The notes: generated by a model not told the origin, from the letters alone. 64,000 nt of DNA from Tubiluchus corallicola (GCA_030141605.1 JAQGDQ010000210.1:124001-188000), one strand, 5' to 3'; positions 41,539 through 57,000 are shown, counted from the first letter of the stretch. Program-made: numbers and translations.

Positions 41539-42770
41539 GTAAGAAACTTCTGCAAAATTGTAATTGATACAAAACAGTGACAATTTGCTTGGTATTTTCT
41601 CTATTTTGTAAGTGGTTTAAGCAATATATATGTTGAAATGCACGTTAACTAGGGCTTGTGATGTATTTCTATTGAAAATGTATGTATGTCTTGTTTTTCT
41701 TGTATTGTATGTATTTTTTCCACTAATAAATATGGATATAATAATCGTTCTTTTAGAATCTTGTTATCTTTTAATAATATCTATGGCCAGTTTCGTAGAA
41801 GGCAGTGCAATGACATTAGGTTTTGGTTTTGAACCTACTACATCTTGTAATCTCGCAATCGCTAAGTTTCGAAGTCAGAGCGCTCTACAAAACAACAATT
41901 ACTGCGCCTATGTTAGCTTTTGTCCGTAACTGTGAGAAATCTCGAGTGCCCGTTCGCTCAGTGCACGTATTGTGCAAGAATAAATGGTTTAGGTGAAACG
42001 ATGCATACTTGTTGAAATTCACACACAAAAAAGCAGTGTGTAACATTATCATTCAATCAGTAAAGTTTTCTTCAAGTATTTCAAAAGTAAAAATTGCTTT
42101 ACCAGCGTGCTGTTGTGGTTTTTCTTTGGACAACACTCCGGTTGTTCTGGCACCTCACGGATAGATATCTTAGATTTCAGGCATTTCTAAACAAAATGCC
42201 CTATTGTAGTTTACGAAGCGTAAATCACTGCTGGGCGGGTTGTTGACTCTGATGTACGATTTAGCAGGTTACTATAGCATGCTTCGTTCATCTTGCCTTT
42301 CATGGCAAAATGTTCTTTTTCGTGGTTAAGTCTATAGCTTTTATACGCACGTGTGAACACTGATTAGTTAGTATTGCGCCGTTTTCAGTGACACAATACT
42401 TTACTTGCGTGCGTACTTTTCTCAAGTGAAAAAACCTTATACTCTTAGGTTTAATATTTATTATCAATCTCTTTTACTATTATTACAATTTATTAATAGA
42501 ATTACTTTTTTAATTAATTTTTAATTAACCAAGCAAGTAATGGAATATCAAGATAAGTCACTGTACCGACTCGTCCTTATTATTACATGTCTTATTGTTA
42601 CGTGTTTTTATAAAAATACTGAAAATAGAGACGCTATTTCTTGCTTTGTAAATTTATTGTTTTTTTATTTCATTTAGTGAATACTTTAGGAAGTGATTCA
42701 GCTTTTACACGTCAGTGACGTCATCCTATTTTATTTAGCTTTGGTTTTTAGCAAATTCGTTTTGTTTTAG

Positions 42771-42885
42771 AAATCAATGGGCGGAAAAAGAAGCTTCATA
42801 CACACGCCACCAGATGATGCTGCGGCTGCAAAGCAGTCAACAGGGTCGTAGATGGAACAGCGCCTCTAGTGACGGTCTTCGATGA
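42771..42885 (+). CDS. TPST: TPST probable terminal coding exon 4
   Basis: Acceptor TTTTGTTTTAG| in the required phase; reads (R)NQWAEKEASYTRHQMMLRLQSSQQGRRWNSASSDGLR*. Total CDS is 1167 nt. This tail is not conserved, so confidence is lower. Confidence 0.7.
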
Positions 42886-43408
42886 CAAACATTTTCTTTA
42901 ATGGCTTCTCTCGATCAGTTCTTGCGTAGTAGACTTCAAATTCATGACTGGTTAACTCATATTGTTAAGATCAGTATTAAATTAAAGCAATAATTATTGA
43001 AAACGTGAAAGTTACATGATTTTGTCTCTGGAGTCTGGAATATCGACATTTTCACCTGTGATAATAAGTTATAAAAGCAGTCGTTTAATTCCTCAGTTCA
43101 TTTATTAGATACTGCAGGCATTTCCTAACCATATTCTTAAACGTTTTATTCTTAAACACTTACCGCCGGCTTAACTGCAACATGTAATTTTGTTATCAAT
43201 TTACAATGCTACCTAAATTTAATAAGTAGTCTACTTATAAATTTAATTCTTTAATTCTCATAAATCAGACTTTTATAAACTGTCTTTGTGCCATATATTA
43301 AAGTATATACGTTTTTGTTTCATAACAATTTAGCTTCATTTTGCACAATTAATGAAACAATATTAATGAGAAGTACAGCCACATTGTACAATACACGACG
43401 ACAATGTT

Positions 43409-43520
43409 GAATGATGATGACGATGATGATGATAACGATGACGATGACGACGACGACGACGACGACGATGGTGGTGATGGTGATGATGATGATGATGTTG
43501 ATCTGGACGACGACGACGAC
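43409..43520. repeat. (GAT/GAC/GGT)n microsatellite
   Basis: Read directly. Confidence 0.9.
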
Positions 43521-44895
43521 AAATATTGATAAGGGCTGCACCGCGCCTCATCATGCTGTAAACTGACAGGTTTCGTTGATCTGGTGCGAGACGACAAACA
43601 AAATATTTTGAAATTGCTGAAAGATTGTGTGGAATTTAGAATAAAATTCGCAGTGCAACATCTAAAAAGTTGTGTTTGCCACAATTGAGCTACACTATTA
43701 GATTTGCTTTTTTAATATTTAGATAATGCATAAAAAATTTTATAGCACAAAATAGCTGTTAATGAGAACGAAGAGAAATGATATGAAAAAATTAAAAGTA
43801 GAGATCCAGTTTGTAGAACTTTACATGAGTAGCTTATTAACAATATTATTTTTAGCAATTATTAAACACAAAAAAATGTTACGAGTGTTTAAGTTTTGTA
43901 ACTTGTAACTATTGAATTCAGTAACTATTCGGGATTGAAGTTAATTTTTTTCAAGTTCATATAGTATAAGTCTAAGGTTTGATAAATATCACATAATACA
44001 ACGAATTTTATGAAAATTTTATCAAGCAAATCACCGCGCATTAATTTTATAACATTTAGCAATAAATTTCAAGTAAAAGTGTGAGGTCATTTTCTTAATA
44101 AAAACGTTATGAAATTTGTATATCAAATTGATGCTGCTTTTGTTATTAAGAATTTCGAAACTGTAGCTATTACTATGTTCTATTTAGACATCTTGGCGTA
44201 AGAAGAGGTAGCTTGCGACTGGTGCTTGCGTTTGCGTGGTTGATGCATGCATGGATTGATTTGAAGCCATAATTGATTCAAAACGTTGTATCCTCTCCAA
44301 ACTTTAGAAACTAGTAGATCCTTGGTTAAGTCATTTATTTGTTTACACAAATGTCCAGTGTACTCACTTGCGTTTCCAGACATGGCCTCTAAAGGAGTAC
44401 AAGACCCATGGGACTATAGGCAGGCATCTCCTTTCAGGTATTCTTCATAGAGAAAAGTCACATGATTACGCTAATTTACGTGTCTGTGCATCTACTAGTA
44501 ATAAGTGTGGTGTGTGTGATAAGTATAGTGATGTTTAAGTATGTGACTGTAAGTGTATGTCGGGCTGGGGGTAGTAGAAAGTATTTGTTCTCCAGGGCGG
44601 TGGGTGCTAAATGATTCCTGTGGGTCTCTTCTTAGCTTTTGGGCCACGGGACAAAGTACCGACTGGACTCCATTTCTCATAGACCCTGTTTCCAGATTCC
44701 GAGATTCGCCATCTTTTGTTGTAACGAAGTTAAGGGAAAGTCTGTCAGCACGAAGGTAAGCATGAAAATGGCTACTAAGCCAGCCAGGGTTTCTACACTT
44801 CAATTCTTTACTCTTGCGACACATTTAATACAGAAAACCCAAGTACATGCGCATACAAACATTTTATCAATTGTTTACTAAATAACGAGCGAGTG

Positions 44896-44898
<3 letters not shown>

Positions 44899-44970
<72 letters not shown>

Positions 44971-45051
44971 CAGAGAGAGAGAGAAAGCAGAGCGAGAGAG
45001 AGTGAGTGAGAGAGAGAGAGAGGGAGAGAAAGCAGAGAGAGAGAGAGAAAG

Positions 45052-45116
<65 letters not shown>

Positions 45117-45120
45117 AGAG
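44899..45120. repeat. (GA)n microsatellite, imperfect
   Basis: Read directly. Confidence 0.97.
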
Positions 45121-46523
45121 ACACAAAGGCAGTTGCTACCTTGGACAACGTCGGCCAGTTTTACAGCCTACTTAACTGTAACCATTTAATCATTTAAACT
45201 AAATTTAATCTAATCTCAAAATAATTTATTCCCAAAACCAACTAGATGTAAAATGAAAAGCACAATCAGACGCAAACTTGTAAGAGAGGTGTATAAGATT
45301 CCACGTAAAACGTAACCTAACCTAATCTAACTGAACCGAACCCAACCGAAATTTGCGAGTAATAAAAAGGACACGAAGAACTAATGAATGAGACAAACTA
45401 CGTGATTTTAAACACGAAGAATGAATTCTCTTATAGAGCTTACAATCTGTCTATATTGCACTAGATCTGCTGGACTTCCATGCCTGAACGGCCAGGCGCA
45501 GACATTTGATCAGTTTATTGCTTACACGGTAGCCATTGTGCTCGTTGGATACACTGTATAGGACCTCCAAAAGAAACTTCGAGGCCCTGCCGCGCCTGCA
45601 CAAATGTACACAGACCATTGCGAGGTGATTATTCGCTGTTACCCACGTTGCATGATTTCTCTCAAAATTAAACATGCGAAATCTATTTATTGAAATGTAA
45701 ACCTCTCAATAAATGTTTAACATGCAACATTAAGTTTTAAAACTGCAGTTTTTCCTTACTGGTAAAATGCAAGTGACCAACTGATGTCATATTACAGTGC
45801 TGCGCATGCTCAGTTAATCCACGCAGCAAAATTTGCTACTTTTGCGATTGGATAAAGTGAGATTTCAATCAAATCCCCATCAAACATCGACTGGCACACT
45901 CCTGTTTAACTTCTGATAACGTATTAATTTACTAAGCAGAATAATAAAGCGTGTCAACAAAAGAGCAGCTGTCACGTGGCTTCCACATTCCCACATTATA
46001 AAAAATTAATCATGAGGGCATGGCACGGATTACAAATTACAGAAAGATAGTCGAGAACATACTTTGAATTAAGTGTTATTGTGCACAAAACATACGTTAA
46101 TTATAAAACTGTAAATATAAACATCTATTATGTTTACTGCTTAGGTTTACAGTAACAATCTGTCTTGAACTGTTAGTGCGAATATGCTTAGCTTAAACGG
46201 CCTGTGATGCAACATATAATATTGTTGTTGTGTGATTTTATTACAATAAATTAAATCTTTCGTCACTTTTCTTTTTTTACGTTGCAATGTTCATGCATCT
46301 TTAGACTTATAAGCACGCAAGGCATATATTCTCAGTAATGTTTGTAAATTAAATTAACCGTTGCATGAAACAGAAAGGTTACGTGTCTCTGTAATACAGC
46401 CACATTCAGATTTAAAAAAACGCTAGTATTTATACGACACTACTTAGTAGTTGGTGAGTAGTATTTATTCTGTTACAATGTTAGTTGTCAAATTTTTATT
46501 ACAGGCGCTTAAAACATTTGCAG

Positions 46524-46780
46524 TTAAAACACCACAACTTTATTAAAACCTTTAACTACGTAAATTAAAACTTTAAATAAAATTGTGGTGTTTTATAGTT
46601 TGACAATATTTTTTAGCTATGTAAATTAAAAGTTTTAATAAAATTGTGGTGTTTTATAGTTTGACGTGATTTTTTAACTACGTAAATTAAAACTTTAAAT
46701 AAAATTGTGGTGTTTTATAGTTTGACAATATTTTTTAGCTATGTAAAGTAAAAGTTATAATAAAGTTGTGGTGTTATAAG
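46524..46780. repeat. ~61-bp tandem repeat (x4, 122-bp dimer) preceded by an inverted partial unit
   Basis: AAAACACCACAACTTTATT at ~46526 is the reverse complement of the recurring AATAAA(A/G)TTGTGGTGTT, present four times. Confidence 0.85.
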
Positions 46781-48089
46781 TATAAATGTTAGTAATGTTT
46801 TTGTCTTCTGTTGTGTTGGATAATCTGTACTTCATTAATTAGTGACTGTATTACATCATTCATGATAAAATTAAGGTCTAATGTGGTGCAGTTTTATTTC
46901 TCTATTTTGTGATTTTGTACTAATTAAATGCAGTATGATATTGTGATTTGCGACTCCAGCTATTATTGGCTGAGGCTGTTGGTTTTACTGATTTCAAACC
47001 TAAAAAGTATCACTCGTTTGTGTCTATACTTGAGAACCTTTAACATAACATGTGTTTTTTTCTTATGGTTACCCCTAAGTACAATTACGATCCTCACCTT
47101 CATGTTATTCACGATCACACTGCCATACTTCGTTCAATCCAATCCGCTATACGATCAATAATGCGCGCTCGTTTCACGTAGTGTTAATATAGCTGTAATA
47201 TTGCAGATAAGGGTGTCCTAATTGCTAATGCAACGTGTGTACATTTTTCAGAGGCAGGTGAAACCTTTCCCAGATTCCGTAAATAGAACTCCTTTATACG
47301 CATGCGCCTGGAACACACTTACCACTTGCTGAAAATATACATATGATTTTACAAAAATATAGTATGGAGCTCTTTTTCAATAAATTTATAGCAGTAGACT
47401 AAAATTTGTGACTGCCACGTAATTATTTGGTTTTGAAATTGAAGCGGTTACACTTGATGAATTTGGCCAGCAGGGCCACATAGTCAAAATTTCTAAAGCT
47501 GCTGACCGGGTTGCAATTAAGGCCCAGCTGGGCTTTTAAAGTGCTTAAATTCTCGTCATGCAGCTATTCCTGGTTCCATTTTGCTTATTTTTTTGCAAAC
47601 AGATTTTGCACACACGTGTAAGAGCCAAAGAAAATTCTGTTCAAATAAAAAGTAAGAGCAAGAACCCCTTTTGCAGCTGTTTATATAATTATACACACAC
47701 GTAGGCAGGTGTTTTACATAACACTACTTTGCACCGTCAAGATATCAAAAATAATCAATAACTCACTTATTTGTGCATACAAACTATCATTAAATTAATG
47801 ATAAATGGACTGTGTAAGTGTGTGTGTGGACATAACTTTGTAAAGTAGCATGTAGAGAACAGATGAAGGGTCAAACCTTCTTGCGCGCGGTTATATATAT
47901 ATATATATATAAAGGTAAAAATTGGCAACTGGCTAACATTATTATAGCATTGATATTTTTCTTGTGTTGAGGTTCAGTGTAATGAAGTTAGAGTTTCGTA
48001 AAAAACAATATATTTATGCGCATGTATACATGACGATATAAACTTCAAAATGTCCAGGGTGGGAGCATTGTATTACGTATACGTTTTTA

Positions 48090-48150
48090 CGCGTGTGCGA
48101 TTGGATGATTTGAGCGTTGGTTTGTTTATATATCTGTGATTGGTTGAAAG
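48090..48150 (+). promoter_or_regulatory. Candidate promoter of the homeobox gene (two reverse CCAAT boxes)
   Basis: GATTGG occurs at ~48099 and ~48138 around a TTTATATA element, ~500 bp upstream of the ATG. Motif-level evidence only. Confidence 0.3.
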
Positions 48151-48650
48151 GAAAACTTCGTGTAATGAAGCTGCTTTGTACACCTTTGCTGCAGTTGGCA
48201 GTGCAATAGTATCGACCACGTTGTAGAACTGGTCTTTACGCTGGAGTAAACTAATTTCGATGTAATTGCAACACTGGCGGCTGCTCTAAGGATGATGGTA
48301 GTGTAAATAGTTCAAAACGTCACATCACAGCAGTTAAAGAGGCAATAAAAATATCTTAATGCGTTATCGAAATTAAATATACGCAGAAGTTTTTGCTTGC
48401 TTTAACGTCTTTAATTGCAAACGTTTTTCAAATTTACCTAAACAGTCAAACACATCGTACGCATATACGTGCTTAAAAGCGATCAAGAAAGACTTTGTAG
48501 AGAATAGAAGATCGGAATTTTGTGATTTGTGATATTTTAATACCAAAAAATGGAGACGCTTGATTAGGAGAGAAGGTTTGATAGCCATATAACACATTTG
48601 AATCTATCATTTTATGTAATTATACCACATACATTCGAAGTTTTAATACC

Positions 48651-49017
48651 ATGACAGTGAATCTTCGTCAAAATAAAACCGGGTCCACTCTGTCCTTTGG
48701 AATTGACAGAATTCTTTATAGTAATGCTACAAAAGAGGGCAATTCGAAGAAGAAGTGGACAGTATACGAGATATCTCTACTGAAGCCGAAACCACAGAAC
48801 AAGAGCACAGAGCCTTCCATTCATGACGACATCATGAAAATCGAAGAGTTTAAATTATATTACAGAACAACCGTGATAAACCGCGAACAAGGTGCTGCTA
48901 AAGAAACGGAGATCAAAAAGTCTGCAAGTGATTCCGTTGATATTGAGCACGGCGATGTAGGTGTTTTTGAAAAACAAGCATTTAGGATAACGAGTAAACT
49001 CAATCCAAAAGAAAAGG
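48651..49017 (+). CDS. Paired-like homeobox gene, exon 1 (eh1/octapeptide)
   Basis: ACCATG start; TLSFGIDRIL fits the FxIxxIL eh1 motif. Donor AAGG|GTAAGT (phase 1) joins exon 2 in frame. Confidence 0.85.
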
Positions 49018-49120
49018 GTAAGTTAACATTGAATTAAGTCCACTTGGCGAACTTTTAAAATTTAATTTACTGTGTGCAAAGTTAACAGTACAGTAGTGCT
49101 TAGTGTGTAACATTGGTGTA

Positions 49121-49222
49121 TGTTGTTGTTGTTGTTGCTGTTGCTGTTGCTTCTGCTGCTGCTATTGTTGTCGTTGTCGCCGTCGCCGTCGCCGTGGCCG
49201 TGGCCGTGGCCGTGGCCGTGGC

Positions 49223-49301
<79 letters not shown>

Positions 49302-49372
49302 ATGGTCATGGTCATGGTCATGGTCATGGTCATGGTCATTGTCATTGTCATTATCATTATCATTATTATTAT
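49121..49372. repeat. Compound tri/hexanucleotide microsatellite in homeobox intron 1
   Basis: Successive blocks GTT, GCT, GTCGCC, GTGGCC, GTGGTC, ATGGTC, ATTGTC, ATTATC, ATT. Confidence 0.97.
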
Positions 49373-49527
49373 AACCAATACGTATTCCAGCTAACCTTAT
49401 ACTTTACTACTAATATTCAGAACTTTAATTCATTACAAATATTTAGAACTTACCTAGTATCCATTACAAATAGTGTTATGTCGATTAATTTCTAACAATT
49501 CTAGCAGAATACTCATTTTTTATACAG

Positions 49528-49685
49528 ATGCGATTAAAAAGTGTGGAAGAATGCGGATTAGAACGAATTTCACGCATTGGCAGCTTCAGGAATTAGAAAC
49601 CGTTTTTCAGATCACCCATTATCCAGATGTGTTCATGAGAGACACGCTAGCTATGAGGCTTCATCTTTCTGAAGCCAGAATACAG
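49528..49685 (+). CDS. Paired-like (Uncx/Shox-like) homeobox gene, exon 2 (homeodomain 1-46)
   Basis: Acceptor TTTTTTATACAG|. Encodes [46 protein letters not shown]. Donor CAG|GTAGAT lies at the classic PRD-class intron between homeodomain codons 46 and 47. Confidence 0.97.
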
Positions 49686-51300
49686 GTAGATTGTTATATT
49701 ATTTGATGTCAATACCTGTGATGCCATGTCTATAGGTAACGTACTCTGATTCTCAATGTCATGAAAAGCAGGCACGACCGCCCTATAAACGAGGTGTAAC
49801 ACGTGGTTCTGGGGTTCTATAGTATTAGATTTGCTATTTCATACGGGGCTTTGTTGTTTCATACGGGGGCACGTGGAACCCGAGCCTATTAGTCTTAATG
49901 AGCTAGTAATATTCGATGGTAGATAGAATACCAAACCAACTATTAAGCTATATATAGCAAAATTGAATTGATTACTACTTTAATAGATTTTAACCAGGAG
50001 GAAAGAAATAGTTAACAATAACAATCAATCACAGTGCAGCAAATAAACAAATATATTCTCTAGTCTAATAATAGAGAGGGGAGGTGTTAGTGGGGGTAGC
50101 ACGTGCAAATGATGACGCACCTTCGATGACGGCAATCCAACGATGACCATATACAAACGGAATTATGCTAGCTAGCAAACGCTGAGCAAAAGTACAAAAG
50201 TCTTCGCTTACCAGACACTCCATGAACATCATGTGAAACGGCAGCTGCTAACCTGTGGGGTAACATCCATGGATTTACCAACTATGGTTTGCTCCACCAA
50301 CAATGGACTGTCCACCATAAACTTCAGCATAGCTTCACGTTTGGACGAATCCTCGGACAATGACGGTAACGGTAACCACCTCATCAAACCAAAACAACGT
50401 ACTCGACATAGACCCGTCAGCACTGCAGTTATGGCTATTGACACAAGAAATAGTGACTATAAGATCGACAATGCTAATCGACATTTCTGACTGTCTTTTC
50501 ACAGACATGTGAAAATCAGACGATGGTCATTTTACGTGACCTAGGCCTCTCAATAACGGCCGACTGACTGCCAGGTTGCACGTCTCAGGCTATAGCTGTA
50601 AAGTATGTATCATGTAAACTTCATACCTGTACGGGTTTCACACATTTGAAATAAGCCGCGAGTATCGCAGGTATTGCAGAACACAACCACATGACGAGGG
50701 GGTGTTAGTAGGACTCCTACACTACTACACTAATTACGCTAACAATACAGTACTACTATAGTGACTACTATAATGTAAGCAAATTACACTAGCAAGTGCT
50801 ACAGCCATCACTATAAAGAACTTGACTGTGAAATGAAAAGGTGACAAACAAGTAAACAAAAATATCATAAATAATAGATGGTTTGTCACAATACCATAAC
50901 AGGAAGTTGACTCCTGAAATTGACGACATCTCCGTTTCTGCGTACATCGAGAAAACAGTATCGTGAATCTAGAGGCTAAAGGTCAAAGGTCACTGTATGC
51001 ATTTTGTATTTGACTATTGATGAATTAGTTTCCGAAGCTTGTTCTTGCTATAAGGTACAACTCTTAAGTTTATAAAGTAAAACAAAAAAATCAAAGGAAA
51101 AAGAATAGCCACGAGAATTTGGCAGCAAGGCTATTTCACTGCACACAAAGCATGAAAGGCGAAAGGTGAAGGTCAGGGCGAAAATTAAACTACAGTCACA
51201 TAATCTGGAACAACGAAAATATCAAGGCCATAGGGTAAACTCGTGGGTGCCATGGTCTTTAGTTCATTCTATCTACATCGACCTTTAATGGAAATACGCA

Positions 51301-53180
<1,880 letters not shown>

Positions 53181-53299
53181 TATGTCTAACAAAATATACG
53201 TTATATCTTCATAGTGGTTAGTAAACTATACCAAAGAAACTTTCTGGTGTTTTTTAATTTAGATTAATTATAGTTGACAGATGCTCTTTTGTTTATCAG

Positions 53300-53575
53300 G
53301 TGTGGTTTCAGAACCGGCGCGCAAAATGGAGAAAACAGGAAAGAGAGAGAAAATCGTACAATGCTGGCGAAACCGGTCAAATTAGAAGGACACGATCTAG
53401 TCTTCCACTCGTTTCTGTACTTCCGCATAGTCTTCCGTTTACTCAGCAGTCGGGAGGCTTTGTACGGGAAGGGCTGTTTGAAGAGCTGAATAGAAAACGA
53501 AGTCGGGATGGCAGCATTGCTTTACTGAGAGCAAGAGCCGAGGAGTACAAATGCTGCATAGAGGACATACAGTGA
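53300..53575 (+). CDS. Paired-like homeobox gene, exon 3 (homeodomain 47-60, Q50; OAR motif)
   Basis: Acceptor TTTGTTTATCAG|. Encodes VWFQNRRAKWRKQE and ends RSRDGSIALLRARAEEY, matching the OAR consensus SSIAxLRxKAKEH. An AATAAA cluster follows at ~53691. Total CDS is 801 nt. Confidence 0.96.
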   Translation: MWFQNRRAKWRKQERERKSYNAGETGQIRRTRSSLPLVSVLPHSLPFTQQSGGFVREGLFEELNRKRSRDGSIALLRARAEEYKCCIEDIQ

Positions 53576-53962
53576 TAACTAATATTAGATGGTGCAAAAA
53601 TTGCCGAAGTTTTATCACGATATGATAAGAATAAAATAACGGAATTGCTTGGAAATTACCGTATTGATGTTACAGACGCTTGGGTGTAGAAATAAATAAA
53701 TAAATAATGTTAGGATACTCCATAGTGGTTTTCCAAAGATACAGGGGTTTTAAAACAACAAGTCAAAATGAAGTGCGGGAAAAATTATGAGACTAATATT
53801 AAAATTTACAGCAAGTGCTCTATGAGTCCATCATTTCCAGTGCAAACTAAACGAAGGCATTTCTTACCAAAATTGGTACACTTTCTTACATCTTTAATTA
53901 GGGGTATTTAGACCCGGCGTTGAACAGCTTTTGTCGTATACAGCTGTGTGCGACGTCGTATA

Positions 53963-54070
53963 CTTTCTCTGGAAATTCAAGATATCGTAGTACACTGTAT
54001 TTTTCTCTGGAAAAACAAGATATCGTAATTCACAGGATTTTAAATCTGGAAATTCAAGATACCGCAGTTC
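53963..54070. repeat. ~38-bp tandem repeat, 3 copies
   Basis: TCTGGAAA(TT/AA)CAAGATA recurs three times. Confidence 0.8.
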
Positions 54071-57000
54071 ATAAGATTAAGTTCCGTTTTCCTTGACAAC
54101 AAATAATTATCAATATTTTATAATCTGTGATAAAGACCATGATATAAACTGGTCGATTCCTTTATTGTTTTGCTGCTGAGTATTGAGTCGTTTAAATACT
54201 TCGACGTTTTTCAATTGATGATTAGCTGACATTGTTCCGGCATTTAAATTTTTAATATGCAAAAGATTTTCAGTCGTAGCGTAAAAACTGATACAACTGT
54301 AAACTTGTAACTTCCACAGTCAAAGGTAGGGTATTGCTCTATTAGGCTGGGAAATTTCGATATTGTAGAGCACTTGTTTCTTAAGTTGTTGTAGTCTAAA
54401 CTTCGGTACATTTTTTTCTCAACCAGCCTAATTCACGTCCTATCTACTTATTTATTCAATGAGTTAAAACATTATTACGTATTACACATAAAATTTGCAC
54501 ATTAGTATAAAATATATTATACATATATATATAAAACAATAAAACTACAATAAAAGTACTCTCGAAAATCAGAGTGTGAAGTGAAAACTTATATTTACCT
54601 TCCCTCTTTAGTTGTCATTATTTATGCAAAACAAATTTTTTGATCTTACTGTCTATGACTACAGAGTATACGTTATACTACACATTACATTTATGGGAAT
54701 ACAAAGCTACGGATCTCACCACATTTCTGATCTTATAATTACATTTTGTCAGCTTCTACTCCATTTAGTATACTTGATGTTTTTTATTCGATTTATTGTG
54801 TCCCACGACGTAAACAGCACTAGGTGATAGGAACGCCTTCTGGTTCGATCTAGTTGCCTTGTTATCAGCAAAACTACCACATTAAACTTAATATCTTATT
54901 TCAGTTAATCTTCCAAGCCTTATTAGAGTTATCAAAACACAAGATAATCTCGCTTTTTTTGTCTCGAACCAACCATCTTTTCCAACTAGCTATTTGCACT
55001 CATCAGCATCCAAAAACAAAGCTTGGTGTCGATAACGCTTCTGTTATAAATTTATAGATTTATAAATTGAATTTCAAACAACAGATGGAGCAACACGCTT
55101 AGTACATAGACACTCTAAATTACAGCAGAGGGTGCTGTAGGGTGCAGGTACTCGGAAAAGAGAGCATGGTAGAGAAAAGGCGAATTTACACTATTTGACG
55201 ATGTGTGATACTTAACAAACATTTCACAGTTGTTACAGACGTGACTAAAACTTCTGTATTGTATAAATACTTCAAATCGCTGCGTGAATCTTTCGCAATA
55301 CTGAATATGCATTCAAGTATTTCTACTTTAGAAAAAAAGAATAAAAATATTAGCTAGTTGTAGAGATGTTGAACATGTTGATGAAAGTCTAACGTGTAAA
55401 CTCTGTTATGAATTATACTGAGCAAATGGAAGCCAAATAAGAATTAGAAATTTCTTATGCAATGAAATTCAAACAATGTTGAGCATTATACATTATATAT
55501 ACAATGTACAATGTTATACATTAACAGTATAGGTTTTTATGTGTACTAAGGTGCATACTTTTTACTAGCCGTATTGCTTTTATGACCTCGATAGTGCTCT
55601 AACATTTTGTAATTGTTTATTTTTTTCTCCTCAGTGTTGTTATTATTGTTGTTAAAATGCAAATGTGATAATACTTGTATGTAGAGGATCTCGAAGATTT
55701 CAGGACGTGAAGAGAGAGTACCCGTATTGCTGTTTGCCGGGAGGCGATTTTTGACGCTTTGAACTTTCCCTAAACATAAACAGCGATTACCACTTTTAAG
55801 TTTAAAACGTTGTAGCTCAACCAAACCGTAATAAAAGTTTCCAAGGCTCGTTTTCACTAGGATTTTTGCTGAACTTTCCCCCAAAATGCTACACACTTGA
55901 CTTTTTTCCCTTTAGTCTTGTTTCCCATTATTTTGCTTTTGTTTTGTGATCACTTCAATTGCTATTTCTTTCTGTTGCGGTCCTGCGAATCAGTAAGAGG
56001 TAATTGGAGACACTGCCATTAACAAATTATTAAAATTAAATTTTATTTGTAGGGCATGTACTTCTAACTTATGAAAATTGTAACAGCATCGTTGTAAGCA
56101 ATAAATATAATGGCTAAAAGTGATTATCTTTTTTAGTAATTTCGTTACGTTTATGTTTATGTTTAGCACTCGGTTTTAGCACTTTAATTAACGTCAAACA
56201 GAAGGTCAATCATGTGCACTCAAGCCCTGCTGACTGCCCAATCACCGTGCGTGAATTTCCACACACCACCGGTAGCTAGGCGTCGCCCATGTTCTTTCGG
56301 GACATGAACTGCAGCTGAGTCAGGCACGTTATATTGTTATACTAGCGTATAATACAAGTGTAGCCAAAATTTATTTTACGTATCAATTTAATATTAGTAT
56401 CCAGAAATAGTTAATTTTACGTTTTTTTATAGTTATCATCATGGTTAAAAGATATCAGTGGAGCTTATGTATCTCGGACAATTGATATGACGAACGTCTA
56501 CGGAATGGAACAATAAAATTTATTTCATTCCGAGACCCAACAAACAGCTGGAAATTTTTTCAATTTTTACAAACATTTGACAATTCAGCTAGACACAGAC
56601 ACACATTTCCAAGACTGTGTTTGAACTATTGCCTAATTTGTGTTAGCTTAAGGGGGGGGCATTCTCTGAAGGGGCTGCGCAAAAAAAAATCCGCGATGCG
56701 TAGTTTCACTTGTTCTGCGCCAAAAAAATCTATGGTCATTTACCACTATAAAATAAGTTCTTTATTTTATTTCATTTTACAGTAGAATTTAAGTAGAATA
56801 ACTACACTAAAATTCTACATTAAATCTACCAATTATAACATACGCAGAGAAGGCTATGCAGAATCAATGCAGGCATTTATCACTTCTTTTCTACTATGAC
56901 TGTCAGTCTTTTTTCAACGGTTTATAAAGACAAACATTTTGGTAACCTTGAACCTTTCACCGTTTCTCCCAATTTAAAATTTTAAAATATAAAATTATTT

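Noticed and set aside
45312-45350. (CCTAA)n telomere-like repeat
   Set aside because: Only about three intact units that then degenerate; too short to call an interstitial telomere.
49100-49495. RG-, HG-, poly-V and poly-T rich ORFs
   Set aside because: They are microsatellite translations inside intron 1 of the homeobox gene.
54975-55010. Minus-strand CTGATGA...GAAA hammerhead candidate
   Set aside because: Stem II cannot be closed and no stem I or III pairing is evident.
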